DNA of 64,000 nt from Candidatus Aenigmatarchaeota archaeon (GCA_016932735.1 JAFGCI010000006.1:36167-100166); one strand, 5' to 3'; shown: positions 1-10,324, counted from the first letter of the stretch. Made by a program: numbers and translations. Notes: generated by a model not told the origin, from the sequence alone.

Positions 1-1612
1 TTGTTTTGCCCGTCCCGGGAGGGCCGTATAGGAGGATGCCTTTTGGGGGCTTTATTCCGATATTCTCGAATGATTTGGGATATTTCAGGGGCCATTCTAC
101 CATTTCCTTTAATCTTGACTTTACTTCCTCAAGGCCGCCGACATCTTTCCATGTGACCTTCGGAATCTCTATCATGACTTCCCTCATTGCGGACGGCTCG
201 ACCATCCTTCTCGCATTTATGAAGTCTTCCTCCGTGATGACAATCTTGTCTATGATGTCCTTTGAGAGCGTGTGCTCCTTCTTCCATGATATCTGCGGAA
301 GATGACGCCTGAGAGCCGACATTGCCGCCTCCTTGCAGAGCGCTGCAAGGTCTGCACCAATGAAGCCGTATGTGACTGATGAGAGCTTCTTGAGGTTGAC
401 CGACTTATCCATCGGCATGTTCCTTGTATGTATCTCAAGGATTTCCCTTCTTCCCTTCTGGTCAGGAACGCCTATCTCTATCTCGCGGTCAAACCTTCCC
501 GGCCTTCTGAGTGCGGGGTCAAGCGCATTCGGGCGGTTCGTTGCCGCTATAACGATGACCTTTCCCCTTGCGTTAAGGCCGTCCATAAGGGTAAGAATCT
601 GCGATACAACGCGTCTTTCGACCTCGCCTGAGACCTCTTCTCTCTTTGGAGCGATTGAGTCTATTTCATCAATGAATATTATCGAGGGAGCGTTCTTCTC
701 GGCCTCCTCGAACTTGCTTCTCAAATTGGCTTCTGATTGACCGTAGAACTTGTCCATTATCTCAGGGCCGTTGATTGATGTGAAGTTGGCTCCGGATTCG
801 TTCGCGACAGCCTTTGCGAGAAGCGTCTTTCCTGTTCCGGGTGGTCCATATAAAAGGACTCCTTTAGGCGGTTCTATCCCGACCTTCTCGAACAATTCAG
901 GATGTCTTAACGGAAGTTCTACCATTTCCCTTATTTTCTCTATGGCGTCCTCAAGGCCGCCTATATCCTCATAAGTTATCGCTGTAGGTCCTATGACTAC
1001 CGGCTCCTCTCGGAGCTCGATTTTTGTATTTTCTGAAATCCTTACAATGCCTTCAGGAGATGTTGAGAGAATCATGAGCCTTGCCTCGCTTCCGACAGGC
1101 ATAAATGAGTATTCGCTCATTCCCTCGACGCGGATACCGAAGTTCCTCATTATATCCTCAAAGAAAGGGTCTGTATCCCTTTTTCTTGCTATGGGAAACG
1201 GCATAAGGACATCGCCTTTGTTCACGGGACGCATGAAAAGGTTCCTTTGAAGTATAGTCGGATCTGACTGGCTGAAGCCCTGTATGGGCCCGTCAGCAGG
1301 AGCAATGACTATCTTTGTTGCATCCTTTACATCAGCTTTCGAGACCTTTACAGATTCGCCTACGCCGATTCCGGCATTCTTTCTCGTGATGCCGTCTATC
1401 CTTATGACATTAAGCCCGACATCTGCGGGGTAGGCTCCGACTGCTATTGCTGCTGTCTTTTTTGAGCCTTCAATCTCAACAATATCACCTTCGCGGATTC
1501 CGAGGGACGACATATTCCTTGAGTCAATCCTCGCTATCCCTCTTCCTGACTCAGAACGGTTGGTCAGTTCGCCAACCCTCAAAGTTATTCCGTTTGCAGT
1601 TTTTCCGACCAT
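1..1612 (-). CDS. CDC48/VCP-like AAA+ ATPase (two AAA domains), partial; C-terminus lies beyond the window start
   Basis: Minus-strand translation starting at ATG (complement of 1610-1612) reads [20 protein letters not shown]... The + strand ORFs 6..305 and 750..974 are antisense shadows of two 'GPPGTGKT' Walker A motifs. The plus-strand ORFs tiled across 6-1250 are all antisense. Confidence 0.85.
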   Translation of the reverse strand, partial: MVGKTANGITLRVGELTNRSESGRGIARIDSRNMSSLGIREGDIVEIEGSKKTAAIAVGAYPADVGLNVIRIDGITRKNAGIGVGESVKVSKADVKDATKIVIAPADGPIQGFSQSDPTILQRNLFMRPVNKGDVLMPFPIARKRDTDPFFEDIMRNFGIRVEGMSEYSFMPVGSEARLMILSTSPEGIVRISENTKIELREEPVVIGPTAITYEDIGGLEDAIEKIREMVELPLRHPELFEKVGIEPPKGVLLYGPPGTGKTLLAKAVANESGANFTSINGPEIMDKFYGQSEANLRSKFEEAEKNAPSIIFIDEIDSIAPKREEVSGEVERRVVSQILTLMDGLNARGKVIVIAATNRPNALDPALRRPGRFDREIEIGVPDQKGRREILEIHTRNMPMDKSVNLKKLSSVTYGFIGADLAALCKEAAMSALRRHLPQISWKKEHTLSKDIIDKIVITEEDFINARRMVEPSAMREVMIEIPKVTWKDVGGLEEVKSRLKEMVEWPLKYPKSFENIGIKPPKGILLYGPPGTGKT

Positions 1613-1656
1613 AAATACCACCTTCCTTAACCATCAAATCTGCAATATTCTACTTA

Positions 1657-1866
1657 TTATTTTTCAACCCTTAATATCACTGACCTCGTCGTCTTGATTA
1701 TCTCTACGCGGTCTCCCTGGACCCTTTCTATTATCTCCACATAGCGCTTCACAGTCACGTTATGAAGGCCCGTCTCCCGGGCTATTGCATTGACGCTCAT
1801 CGCGCAGCGCGACCTCTCAAGTATTCCCAGTATTTCTTCCATTATAACCAGAGGGTCTTTCCGCAT
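1657..1866 (-). CDS. small winged-helix/HTH DNA-binding protein (69 aa)
   Basis: ORF with HTH-like segment 'SVNAIARETGLHNVTVKRYVEII'. Assignment by motif resemblance only. Confidence 0.4.
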   Translation of the reverse strand: MRKDPLVIMEEILGILERSRCAMSVNAIARETGLHNVTVKRYVEIIERVQGDRVEIIKTTRSVILRVEK

Positions 1867-1943
1867 ATTGACACCTTTCTATATTTCAGATATAAGAGTT
1901 TTATATTGTAGTGTATAACATCTGACATTTAAATACTTTTGCA

Positions 1944-2987
1944 TCAGAGCAAAAGATACCCCATGAAAGCGGCGAAAAGCGCGATGAATAGAATTCCTTC
2001 ATTCCTCGTTATCCTGCTCCCCGTCTTCATGAAAACTATGAGCAGCAGTGAGACAAATATCATGAATGGTATCTCAATGAAGACTGTTCTTGATGCTATA
2101 TCGGATATGGGTCTTACCAGAGCAGCGGCGCCTCCGACTAAAAGGATGTTGAAAATATTGCTTCCTATGACGTTTCCTATTGTTATATCGTGCTTCTTTT
2201 TCATTGCCGAAATGACGCTTGCGGCAAGCTCCGGAAGAGACGTTCCGAAGGCCATGAGCGTCAGCCCTATTATGAGCTCCGGTATCCCGAAAGCGTACGC
2301 AAGAGACCTTCCGTTATCAACGAGCATCTGGCCTCCGAGTCCTATCCCCGCAATACCTATTATAACCATCAGGATGCTTACAGGCATCCTCTTGTTGGGC
2401 GGCCTTTTCTTCCTTTCTTCAGAGTGCGCTTCCTTTTGTTTCTTTGCATCCCCGAGGGTTTTCCATAGATAGAATGCGAAGCAGGCAAGAAGTATGATTC
2501 CGTCGATTGCTCCGATTATGTAAATATCCATCGCCGTTTCGAAGAGTCCGAAAGAGAGGATAAACAGAAGCGTTGCTGCAAGCATCATGAACTTTGAATC
2601 AAAACCGGTTGCTTCCTTTACAAGAAGCGGTGATATTATCGCAGGAAGACCGAGGACTATCAGTATGTTGAAGATATTGCTTCCGACGATGTTCCCGACA
2701 GATATTCCGCCTGAGCCTATGAAGCTTGCATAGACGCTGACCATGAACTCGGGCATTGAAGTCCCGAAAGCGACAATTGTCAGCCCTATAATCATGTGCG
2801 ATATTCCGTAATGCTCCGCAATCTCAGAACCTCCATCAACGAGAAAATCGGCGCCCTTGATAAGGATTGCAAGACCCGCGACAAGAAGAGATGTGGACAG
2901 GGAAACGCCGGAACCTGAAATCAGCGCCGCTATCAGCGATAGGGCGATTATCAGTATGAATATCCTGTCCGTCCGGGATATTTTCAT
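1944..2987 (-). CDS. Ca2+/cation antiporter (CaCA family, Na+/Ca2+ exchanger-like)
   Basis: 347 aa polytopic membrane protein with two alpha-repeat signatures 'GTSMPE' and 'GTSLPE' plus 'GSNIFNIL' motifs typical of CaCA exchangers. Confidence 0.8.
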   Translation of the reverse strand: MKISRTDRIFILIIALSLIAALISGSGVSLSTSLLVAGLAILIKGADFLVDGGSEIAEHYGISHMIIGLTIVAFGTSMPEFMVSVYASFIGSGGISVGNIVGSNIFNILIVLGLPAIISPLLVKEATGFDSKFMMLAATLLFILSFGLFETAMDIYIIGAIDGIILLACFAFYLWKTLGDAKKQKEAHSEERKKRPPNKRMPVSILMVIIGIAGIGLGGQMLVDNGRSLAYAFGIPELIIGLTLMAFGTSLPELAASVISAMKKKHDITIGNVIGSNIFNILLVGGAAALVRPISDIASRTVFIEIPFMIFVSLLLIVFMKTGSRITRNEGILFIALFAAFMGYLLL

Positions 2988-3050
2988 AAGAAATAATTAC
3001 ATGCGCTTTTTTATATTACTCAATATTTGCATATTTCTTAAGAAGTGAAA

Positions 3051-3133
3051 CGCTGGAACTGGGATTTGAACCCAGGAACCCCGAAGGGAACAGGGTTAGC
3101 AACCCTGCGCCTTAACCGCTCGGCCATCCCAGC
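3051..3133 (-). tRNA. tRNA-Ser (anticodon GCT), long variable arm, no intron
   Basis: Reverse complement is GCTGGGATGGCCGAGCGGTTAAGGCGCAGGGTTGCTAACCCTGTTCCCTTCGGGGTTCCTGGGTTCAAATCCCAGTTCCAGCG. It forms a 7-bp acceptor stem (one GU), an anticodon loop TTGCTAA (GCT), a long variable arm, a T-arm CTGGG/TTCAAAT/CCCAG and discriminator G. Confidence 0.8.
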
Positions 3134-3184
3134 ATTGGTATATCTTAAATGAAAACAATTAAATAAAAAGAAATGTGTTTGTTT

Positions 3185-3802
3185 TTACTGTTTTTTCTTG
3201 GTTGGTTTTCCCACGTCTTCTTTTGATGACGGTTTGACTTTGAGCCCGATTTCTTCAAGTTTTATCTTGAATTTGTCAAGCGCCTTGTATATGTCATCAA
3301 TCTTGTGGGCGCCTGTGCAGATTATCTTTCCCGAGCTGAACAGAAGGAATGCAACTCTCGGTTCCTGAATCCTGTAGACAAGTCCCGGGAACTGCTCCGG
3401 CTCGTATTCTGCATCCTCAAGAGCGAATGCGATATCATCAAGGCTTAATTTAGCATCGATTTTCGATGATGCTACTATATTCTCAATGTTCACCGGATAT
3501 TTCTTTGGCATCTTTATTCCTATTTCCTCAAGCTTGTCTGTTACCTTTTTCATTGCCGTGTGCGCAAGCTCGATGCTCTTCGTTCCGGTACAGACAATCT
3601 TACCTGATGAAAAGATAAGTGCCGCTGCCCTCGGGTCCTGCGTCCTGTAGACAAGTCCTGGGAACTGCTCCGGCTCGTATTCAGCGCTCTTAATAGAAGA
3701 GACAACATGATTCAAAGATATATCGACCCCCAGAACAGAAAAAGCTACAACGTTCTCAATCTTTATAGAGAACTTGCTCTTAGTCTCAGTTGGTTTTGGC
3801 AT
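3185..3802 (-). CDS. tbp: TATA-box binding protein (TBP)
   Basis: Two direct TBP repeats, each with 'EYEPEQFPGLVYR', 'FSSGKIVCTG' and 'KLEEIG'. The C-terminal tail is basic (KPSSKEDVGKPTKKKQ) rather than the usual acidic archaeal tail. Confidence 0.9.
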   Translation of the reverse strand: MPKPTETKSKFSIKIENVVAFSVLGVDISLNHVVSSIKSAEYEPEQFPGLVYRTQDPRAAALIFSSGKIVCTGTKSIELAHTAMKKVTDKLEEIGIKMPKKYPVNIENIVASSKIDAKLSLDDIAFALEDAEYEPEQFPGLVYRIQEPRVAFLLFSSGKIICTGAHKIDDIYKALDKFKIKLEEIGLKVKPSSKEDVGKPTKKKQ

Positions 3803-3836
3803 AAAAAATCCCCCTTTTCGAAAAATCTATAGGCCC

Positions 3837-3867
3837 TTTATAAAGGGTTTATAAAGTATTTATAAAG
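3837..3867. promoter_or_regulatory. three tandem palindromic TATA-like elements (tttataaag at 3837, 3848 and 3859; 11-bp period) upstream of tbp
   Basis: Sequence cctttataaagggtttataaagtatttataaagagg lies 35-65 bp upstream of the tbp start codon, which is on the minus strand. Each unit contains the palindrome TTTATAAA. Confidence 0.4.
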
Positions 3868-4015
3868 AGGTATTTAAAGCTATCGGTCCAATCCAGCAGA
3901 TACCGGGATATACCTAAACCTTGTATTCATAAAATTATTGTATGTCAGAAACTTTTATATCGACATCAGAATAGTCCATAAAGAGCTATGAGCTATGGTT
4001 AGTTATAATTAAAAA

Positions 4016-4591
4016 TCAATATCTCACAATATTCACTTCTTTTCCTGAAAGATCAAAAACTCTCGACGGGAGGCCGTCAATCTCGCCGGCATCTATTGCT
4101 ATATCTGTCAGAGCCTTTATATCTTCCGGAAGCTCGCTTATCTTCTTTATCGGCTCTTCGCCGGAAAGGTTCGCGGAAGTGGTTACAAATGGTATTCCGG
4201 TTGTCCGGACAAGGTCTGTGAATTTGTTCAGCGGTATCCGGATTCCTATGGTTTTCTGTAATGAGACGAGTTCTTTCGGGGCTGAAGGCGTTGCCTTAAG
4301 TATCACTGTATAAGGTCCCGGAAGGAGTGATTTTACGAAAGCGAGATTCTCTTTCGTTCCCGTCGCGTTTTCCTCAATCCAGTCAAATGATGGAGCTATG
4401 ACTGACATCGGCTTTCCGGGGTCTCTCCCCTTTGCGTTCTTGATTCTCGAAACAGAGCCGGAATTGTTAGCATCGCATCCTATTCCGTAAACCGTGTCCG
4501 TCGGATAGACGAAAACCTTTCCGGCTTTTACCGACTCTATGATGTAATCCTTTTTAGAACCAAGGGCGTCACTGAGCCTTATTATTTCCAT
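4016..4591 (-). CDS. L-threonylcarbamoyladenylate synthase (TsaC/Sua5/YrdC family)
   Basis: The 'VFVYPTDTVYGIGCDA' motif and overall YrdC-domain pattern; 191 aa. Confidence 0.8.
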   Translation of the reverse strand: MEIIRLSDALGSKKDYIIESVKAGKVFVYPTDTVYGIGCDANNSGSVSRIKNAKGRDPGKPMSVIAPSFDWIEENATGTKENLAFVKSLLPGPYTVILKATPSAPKELVSLQKTIGIRIPLNKFTDLVRTTGIPFVTTSANLSGEEPIKKISELPEDIKALTDIAIDAGEIDGLPSRVFDLSGKEVNIVRY

Positions 4592-4641
4592 AATGTTATA
4601 TTGTCGATTCAGTATTTATTTATCAAATCGAATCTGATATT

Positions 4642-5673
4642 ATGTTTAATTTTATGCAGAGGCAGAAACGCCTAAAGGAAAGCATGAAGGAAGCCGGACT
4701 AGATTGTCTTATAGTTTCTGACAGAAAGGACATTTATTACCAGACAGGCTTCCTTCCGCTTGACGGCGATTTCGCTTTTCTTATATTCACCACAGAAAAA
4801 AGGCCGGAACTCTTCGTAAATCCGGTTTCCAACAGGGCGGAGAGCCTGAAAACAGCCGATACATGTTTCGTAAAGGATGTAAAAGAGATGGTCGGTAATG
4901 CAGGCTTATCGGGAACAATAGGATTCGATGAGAAGAGTTTGTCTGTCTCATCTTTTATGGATATATCAAAGCACCTGAGAAAGCATCGCCTGAAAAAGCC
5001 GTGCTCAGATTTAATCAGGTCGCAGAGAGCGGTAAAAGATGAAAGCGAAATATCGGAAATGGGAAATGCCGTGGCAGTTACTGAAAAGATTCTTTCCGAT
5101 GCCAGAGGCTATATGGAAGGAAAAAGAGAATTCAATATCGCGAAAAAAATCGAGAAGTCCATGCTCGAAAAACTCATGGAGAGATCCTTTGAGACCATCG
5201 TCGCTTCAGGAAAGAACTCATCTCTCATACATTACATTCCGGGCAAAGGTCTTATCGGGCAGAAGAGTCTTGTTGTCATTGACATGGGGATTATTTCCAA
5301 TAACTATTGCTCTGACATGACGAGAACATTTTGTCTGAAGCCCGGCCCGAAGGAGCAGAAGCTCCATGATAATATTCTTGAGGTTCAGGAAACTCTTATT
5401 GACAGAATCCATGAAGGCGTCCGCGTAGAGGAAATCAATAGAATCTATCAGGAAGAAATGGCAAAAAAAGGATATGCTGTCAATCATGGCTGGGGACATT
5501 CCATCGGACTGGACGTCCATGACCCCGGCTTTAAGGAATTCAGGAAGGGGATGGTCATAACAGTCGAGCCGGGCGCATACATCAAAGGGTTCGGAGGCTG
5601 TCGCATCGAGGATATGATTCTTGTTGGGAAGGCTAAAAGTAAGAAAATGACGAAAATGAAGAGTTCGCTTTAG
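4642..5673 (+). CDS. M24 family metallopeptidase (Xaa-Pro dipeptidase/aminopeptidase-like)
   Basis: Pita-bread fold signatures 'HGWGHSIGLDVHDPG', 'GMVITVEPGAYI' and 'GGCRIEDMILV'. Confidence 0.8.
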   Translation: MFNFMQRQKRLKESMKEAGLDCLIVSDRKDIYYQTGFLPLDGDFAFLIFTTEKRPELFVNPVSNRAESLKTADTCFVKDVKEMVGNAGLSGTIGFDEKSLSVSSFMDISKHLRKHRLKKPCSDLIRSQRAVKDESEISEMGNAVAVTEKILSDARGYMEGKREFNIAKKIEKSMLEKLMERSFETIVASGKNSSLIHYIPGKGLIGQKSLVVIDMGIISNNYCSDMTRTFCLKPGPKEQKLHDNILEVQETLIDRIHEGVRVEEINRIYQEEMAKKGYAVNHGWGHSIGLDVHDPGFKEFRKGMVITVEPGAYIKGFGGCRIEDMILVGKAKSKKMTKMKSSL

Positions 5674-5677
5674 AGTG

Positions 5678-6499
5678 TCAGAATCTCTGAAAGTATTTTA
5701 CAAGCTCATTTGCGAATTCCCTTTTTTTATCCGGAAAGGCATGAGTCCCATCAAATTCAATCGTTTTGACATTTGCCCCGAATTCTTCTAGTCTTCTGGA
5801 AAGCAGCCTTGAGTTGTGTATAGTCATTATTTCATCGCCTTTCGCCGAGATTGTAAGAACATTAAGTCCTGTCAAATCTGGCTCCATATCACTAAAGGGC
5901 GTCTGCATCGACATAAGATTAATTAGGCTGCTTGCAATCTGGTAATATCCTTCTCCTCTAAGGTCGTTATACCCGAAAACTGGCTTCAGTACGTTGCCAT
6001 CGAGAAAAAACCCTTTGCCGTTTTTGCTGTTATGAAGTTCCGGATGCTTGAAAGGTCTCTGAAACATGTTCAGAAGCCCCTTACGGATATCGGTTCCTCC
6101 GCATCCTATAGCCATGCAGGATATATAGTCCTTTATTTGTTCTGCAACTCTTGCCATTGGATAACTGCTCAGGCTGATTGCAGCAAACATTCTCTTTTTT
6201 CTTTCGGGGTTTCTTCTTGCATATCCAATCAGCTGTTCTTCATGGACTATGTGATCATATCTCCTGATGGGGTGGCGGCCATGCCCCGGCAGGAATATAT
6301 AAGTCACTCCTATTCCTTCTCTGTTTGCTGTTTCATGTAAATACTGAAAAGTTTCTTTTTGTGGGTTTTCCAGATCGTTTCCCACGCCTGCAGAAAAGAC
6401 TATCTCTGAATCATTATTTCCGTATCTTATGAAAGGGACTTCGTATCTTCTGGATTTTCTTCCGACTGAATATGTCCCTTCGGCTGCCTGTAAACTCAT
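5678..6499 (-). CDS. hypothetical protein (273 aa)
   Basis: Long ORF with coding-like composition. No family recognised from the sequence. Confidence 0.5.
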   Translation of the reverse strand: MSLQAAEGTYSVGRKSRRYEVPFIRYGNNDSEIVFSAGVGNDLENPQKETFQYLHETANREGIGVTYIFLPGHGRHPIRRYDHIVHEEQLIGYARRNPERKKRMFAAISLSSYPMARVAEQIKDYISCMAIGCGGTDIRKGLLNMFQRPFKHPELHNSKNGKGFFLDGNVLKPVFGYNDLRGEGYYQIASSLINLMSMQTPFSDMEPDLTGLNVLTISAKGDEIMTIHNSRLLSRRLEEFGANVKTIEFDGTHAFPDKKREFANELVKYFQRF

Positions 6500-6523
6500 A
6501 AGATTCTAATGAAAGAAAATTAT

Positions 6524-7351
6524 TTATTCAAGTATTACACGGTCAATCTTTGCGACTTGTGACTTGGTTTTTCCTAAACCTGAGAATTTGACTGATGAAG
6601 AACCTATCCCAACTATGCTTCCTTCGATTGCGAAGAAAACATTATCTCCCTTCTTTATTCCTGAATCGAAATCGCTGACATAATCCCCGATTATCGGTTT
6701 CCCGTTTCTTACGTCCTGCCCGTTTTCTTTTTTTATCGAAATCCTTTTTACCCCGACCTTCAGGAGGACATCCTCTATCTCAAGAAGATGAGCTTCAGGC
6801 TCCTTCTCCAGCCTTTCAAGCGTGACGGCCTCATCGACGCTGAATGGTCCTACTCCCGTCCTCCTGAGCCATGACATCTGCGCTCCGCTTCCGGCCTTTT
6901 CGCCCATGTCGTGGCAGATTTTTCTGATGTATGTTCCGGCCTCGCAGAGAATCCGGAAGGAAACCAATCTTCCGTTAGTTTCAAGGATTTCAAAGGAACG
7001 GACGATCCTTTCCCTTTCCTTTCTTGCGACTGCCGATTTCACAGGCGGAATCTGCTTTATTTTTCCGGTGAACTGTTTTGCAAGTTCTTTTACAGAATCT
7101 TCTGAAATATCTTCATGAAAAAGCATCTCGCCTTCATACTCCTTGTCCATTCCATTAAGGAGGGGCATACACTTCCTCGCTTCACCAAGAGCTATAAGAA
7201 GGAGTCCTGTGACGTTTGGGTCAAGCGTTCCTGCATGACCTGCCTTTTCTATTCCCAGAATTCTCGTGACTGATTCGACTACATCGAATGATGTCGGGCC
7301 TGCTGGTTTGTCTATTAGGACGACGGACTTTTGTAAATTCGCCATAACCAT
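6524..7351 (-). CDS. cbf5: tRNA/rRNA pseudouridine synthase Cbf5 (TruB family, with PUA domain)
   Basis: The 'GHAGTLDPNVTGLL' catalytic motif, N-terminal 'IDKPAGPTSFDVV' and a C-terminal PUA-like region. Confidence 0.85.
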   Translation of the reverse strand: MVMANLQKSVVLIDKPAGPTSFDVVESVTRILGIEKAGHAGTLDPNVTGLLLIALGEARKCMPLLNGMDKEYEGEMLFHEDISEDSVKELAKQFTGKIKQIPPVKSAVARKERERIVRSFEILETNGRLVSFRILCEAGTYIRKICHDMGEKAGSGAQMSWLRRTGVGPFSVDEAVTLERLEKEPEAHLLEIEDVLLKVGVKRISIKKENGQDVRNGKPIIGDYVSDFDSGIKKGDNVFFAIEGSIVGIGSSSVKFSGLGKTKSQVAKIDRVILE

Positions 7352-7383
7352 GAATTGTTTTATATCTTATTTAATTCCTTCAT

Positions 7384-8004
7384 CTAGAATACTTTCCTTT
7401 CAAAGAATGTTTCCACAGTATCCAATATTCGTTTTGATTCTCTCCGGAAATCGTCCCTCCTTTGAACGGTTTCGAATCTTTTCCCTTTTCTGCGGAGAAT
7501 CAGACTCCCGTATGCTTCTCTGGAGTATAATTCAATGCCTGAATATCTGGAAAGGAGAAGATAACCATCATCTGAAACCAGCCTTGAAACCTGCCCCAGT
7601 CTTTCTTCTGTCATCTCAGGTGTCATTATATGCATTGCTTGGAGAATGCCGTTCAGGAAGAAAACCGCCTTGAATCGTTTATCGGGGAAACTGTTTCTAT
7701 ACCCGTCCTGAACAGAATAAATTCCCTTCTTCCTGTTCCTTCTTGCAATCCATATGTTGCCGGGCATTATATCGATTCCCTCTGCATCATTGCCACAAGC
7801 ATATGATATCTCTTCGGTCGTCCTGCCCCCCGAGCATCCTATATCAAGAAGTCGTCTTCCTTCCACTCTTCTCGGATATATGTTACCTCCAAAAACCAGA
7901 CCGACTCTACCGTAAAAACTGAAATTACTGAGATGATATCCCGAACTTCTGTCATAATTTTCTCCGGATGTCTTTTTTGAAAACATGTTCAGTAGCATGT
8001 GCAT
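7384..8004 (-). CDS. class I SAM-dependent methyltransferase
   Basis: Motif I 'LLDIGCSGG' and overall Rossmann MTase pattern. Confidence 0.6.
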   Translation of the reverse strand: MHMLLNMFSKKTSGENYDRSSGYHLSNFSFYGRVGLVFGGNIYPRRVEGRRLLDIGCSGGRTTEEISYACGNDAEGIDIMPGNIWIARRNRKKGIYSVQDGYRNSFPDKRFKAVFFLNGILQAMHIMTPEMTEERLGQVSRLVSDDGYLLLSRYSGIELYSREAYGSLILRRKGKRFETVQRRDDFRRESKRILDTVETFFERKVF

Positions 8005-8058
8005 AAACCCTAAGTCCGGTATAATAAGAAAAGAAGCGGAAAAAATAAAAACAGACCC

Positions 8059-8328
8059 TTATCCAATCTTCCTCAGAGTTATCGTAAAGAACAAATCCTT
8101 TCCAGCCAGCGGATGGCCACCCGGCTTCTCCCCATATGCATCTTTAGCTTTGATTTCGACCTGCTTCGTCTGGCCGGTTTCCATTCCCATGACAGCGTCA
8201 TCAAAACCCCTGATGACCTTTCCTGCCCCGAGGACGAAATCGAACTCGCCTTCGTCGAAGACCGAGCCGTTCTTCAGCTTTCCCTTGTACTTTACTGTTA
8301 CTTTATTCCCTTTCATAGCTTTCGTCAT
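8059..8328 (-). CDS. FKBP-type peptidyl-prolyl cis-trans isomerase (short form)
   Basis: 'VKYKGKLKNGSVFD...FVLGAGKVIRGFDDAVMGMETGQ' is an FKBP-domain signature. Confidence 0.8.
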   Translation of the reverse strand: MTKAMKGNKVTVKYKGKLKNGSVFDEGEFDFVLGAGKVIRGFDDAVMGMETGQTKQVEIKAKDAYGEKPGGHPLAGKDLFFTITLRKIG

Positions 8329-8384
8329 AAAATCTCCTCTAATTCTATGAATTATATATTTTCTTTTTAAATCAAAGCAAAAAC

Positions 8385-8816
8385 TTGAATATTAGAGACG
8401 ACTTTATGGATTCAGTAACATTGACCATAGGAGACCTTAAAAGCGGTGATAATAAAACATGGAACTATCCAAGGTTTCAGCTCAACCTTACAAATGAAGA
8501 CGCGGAAACCCTCAGTCAGCCGCTTCATGAGAACTTCAGAATACATCTCAAATTTCCGCATGGAAAGATAACCGATGAAAAGGGCAACGAATACGAAGAT
8601 GGTTTCTTTACTACAAGACTTGTAAAAGATCATCCCGGAAGATTCGGCAGAAATATTGTTTATGCCATATGCGCTGTCTGGGAATCAAGAAAGAGCAGGG
8701 ACGGACTTCTCACCGGCTGGCTCAAAAGCCATAAACTTAAAGCAGGAGATAAAGTAAAAATCAGCCTTGAGGGCAACAACTATTATTTGGAACCAAGCTC
8801 TATTTGCAATTATTGA
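8385..8816 (+). CDS. hypothetical protein (143 aa)
   Basis: ORF only. Confidence 0.45.
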   Translation: MNIRDDFMDSVTLTIGDLKSGDNKTWNYPRFQLNLTNEDAETLSQPLHENFRIHLKFPHGKITDEKGNEYEDGFFTTRLVKDHPGRFGRNIVYAICAVWESRKSRDGLLTGWLKSHKLKAGDKVKISLEGNNYYLEPSSICNY

Positions 8817-9483
8817 TATTGGCTTTCATAACATTAAATGTGATTGTTGCCATATCCTGTAAAGATATTGATCTTGGAGATGATAAACCACCTATTTTTG
8901 TCTGTATTCTTATATCAAATCTCAAGAATTTACCTTGGTGTGCAAATGGACATCTTGATTCATCATAAACATGTCCAATAGCCTTTCTAAACTCAGTCAA
9001 ATATTCATTGATATCATTATATCCTTCTGTTCTGTATGTAGTCTTTTCTACTCCGTTTTTAACTACTGTTTTGAACTTCATGAATCCGGGAATAATATTT
9101 AGCGTCTTATAGGTATCAACAATTATATTAATGAAATTCTTTCGGGGACCATAAGTTTCTCTGTATATTATATGCCACTTTTCTATTATTTTTCTTGGTT
9201 CATCGGTTTCCTTAATTTCTTTTATGAAATTATCAAAATCTCCCATATTAGAAACCCAATAATCAAATGTCTTGTATTCTTCATAGTTCCTTTTTGCAGC
9301 AATTGATTCTATTACAGTACAGAGAAGTAGCATTCCGATTTCTAAATGTTCATTTTTAATGTTGTCAAGAGCTTGTTCAAACAAATAGCACATCCTCTTC
9401 CCGAAATTATCAGTTTCGTCTATAGTTTCTATAAATTCAGAGAATTCTGAAACCACCTGTTTAAATTTATCAGATTCAATCAT
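8800..9483 (-). CDS. hypothetical protein (227 aa), AT-rich
   Basis: ORF convergent with the 8385..8816 ORF, with a 17-nt overlap. It is markedly more AT-rich than its neighbours. Confidence 0.45.
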   Translation of the reverse strand: MIESDKFKQVVSEFSEFIETIDETDNFGKRMCYLFEQALDNIKNEHLEIGMLLLCTVIESIAAKRNYEEYKTFDYWVSNMGDFDNFIKEIKETDEPRKIIEKWHIIYRETYGPRKNFINIIVDTYKTLNIIPGFMKFKTVVKNGVEKTTYRTEGYNDINEYLTEFRKAIGHVYDESRCPFAHQGKFLRFDIRIQTKIGGLSSPRSISLQDMATITFNVMKANINNCK

Positions 9484-9525
9484 TTCTTCAACTCCTTTTA
9501 TCTAAAACGTCCTTCTTAGCTCCTG

Positions 9526-10164
9526 TCATAAAATCTCCTCTAATTCTGTTAAAGAATGAATTATATCTTCTCCTTTTCTTTTGCCTTTCCTGTCAATAAG
9601 AATGCATCTTATTCCAAGGGTTGATGGTATACTGACATCGGTTATCGGATTGTCTCCGATATGGACGATTTCAGAAGGTTTTACGCCTTCTTCTTCTATT
9701 ATATAAAGGAAGAGGTTTTCATCCATCTTGGATACGCTTTTTCCGCCGGTGATATCATCGCAATACGTCTTATCAAAATATTTCGAAAGGCCGGACGCCT
9801 TCATCTTTATCTCCAGCGTCTCTTTGCTGTTCAGCGTGGACAATATTAACCTGTGTTTCTTTTTCAGGCTCGAAAGAGCTGTATTTGCATCATCGTATAC
9901 TTTGATGAATTTCTCTATCTCCGATGTATTGATTTTCTCCCGGATTCCAAGACGCTTAAGCCAGTATGTTATATCTGCCCATTCATGTATTTTCTCCTGG
10001 TGCTCGGCCTTGTAGTATTCGGAAAACACAAACATCTTCGCTTCATCCAAAGAGACGTCCTTCTCTTTAGCGTAAAGGGAAGGTATTGCATCATCCCACA
10101 AAATCCTGTCGAAAGTCCCGTCAATAAGAGTGCTGTCAAGGTCAAAGGATATTACTTTAATCAT
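9526..10164 (-). CDS. HAD-superfamily hydrolase
   Basis: Motif I 'VISFDLDSTL' and motif IV 'HIGDNPITD'. Confidence 0.7.
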   Translation of the reverse strand: MIKVISFDLDSTLIDGTFDRILWDDAIPSLYAKEKDVSLDEAKMFVFSEYYKAEHQEKIHEWADITYWLKRLGIREKINTSEIEKFIKVYDDANTALSSLKKKHRLILSTLNSKETLEIKMKASGLSKYFDKTYCDDITGGKSVSKMDENLFLYIIEEEGVKPSEIVHIGDNPITDVSIPSTLGIRCILIDRKGKRKGEDIIHSLTELEEIL

Positions 10165-10324
10165 GTAAATTAATCCCCGTGCAGAACTATTAAAGATTGC
10201 ATTCCGAAAAGAGTTTCACTTTTCACAAATCTTGCCCTTTAAACATTATTTTATAAATACCATTGCAAAAAAAAATACAAAAGAACTGAAAAGAGGTAAA
10301 TAGTATAAAATTTGGAGGGATTTA

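Noticed and set aside
6-1250. Plus-strand ORFs 6..305, 333..740, 428..631, 750..974 and 993..1250
   Set aside because: They are antisense shadows of the minus-strand CDC48 AAA ATPase gene. The GPPGTGKT Walker A motifs read correctly only on the minus strand.
1939-2472. Plus-strand ORFs 1939..2472 and 2190..2468
   Set aside because: Antisense to the well-supported CaCA antiporter gene.
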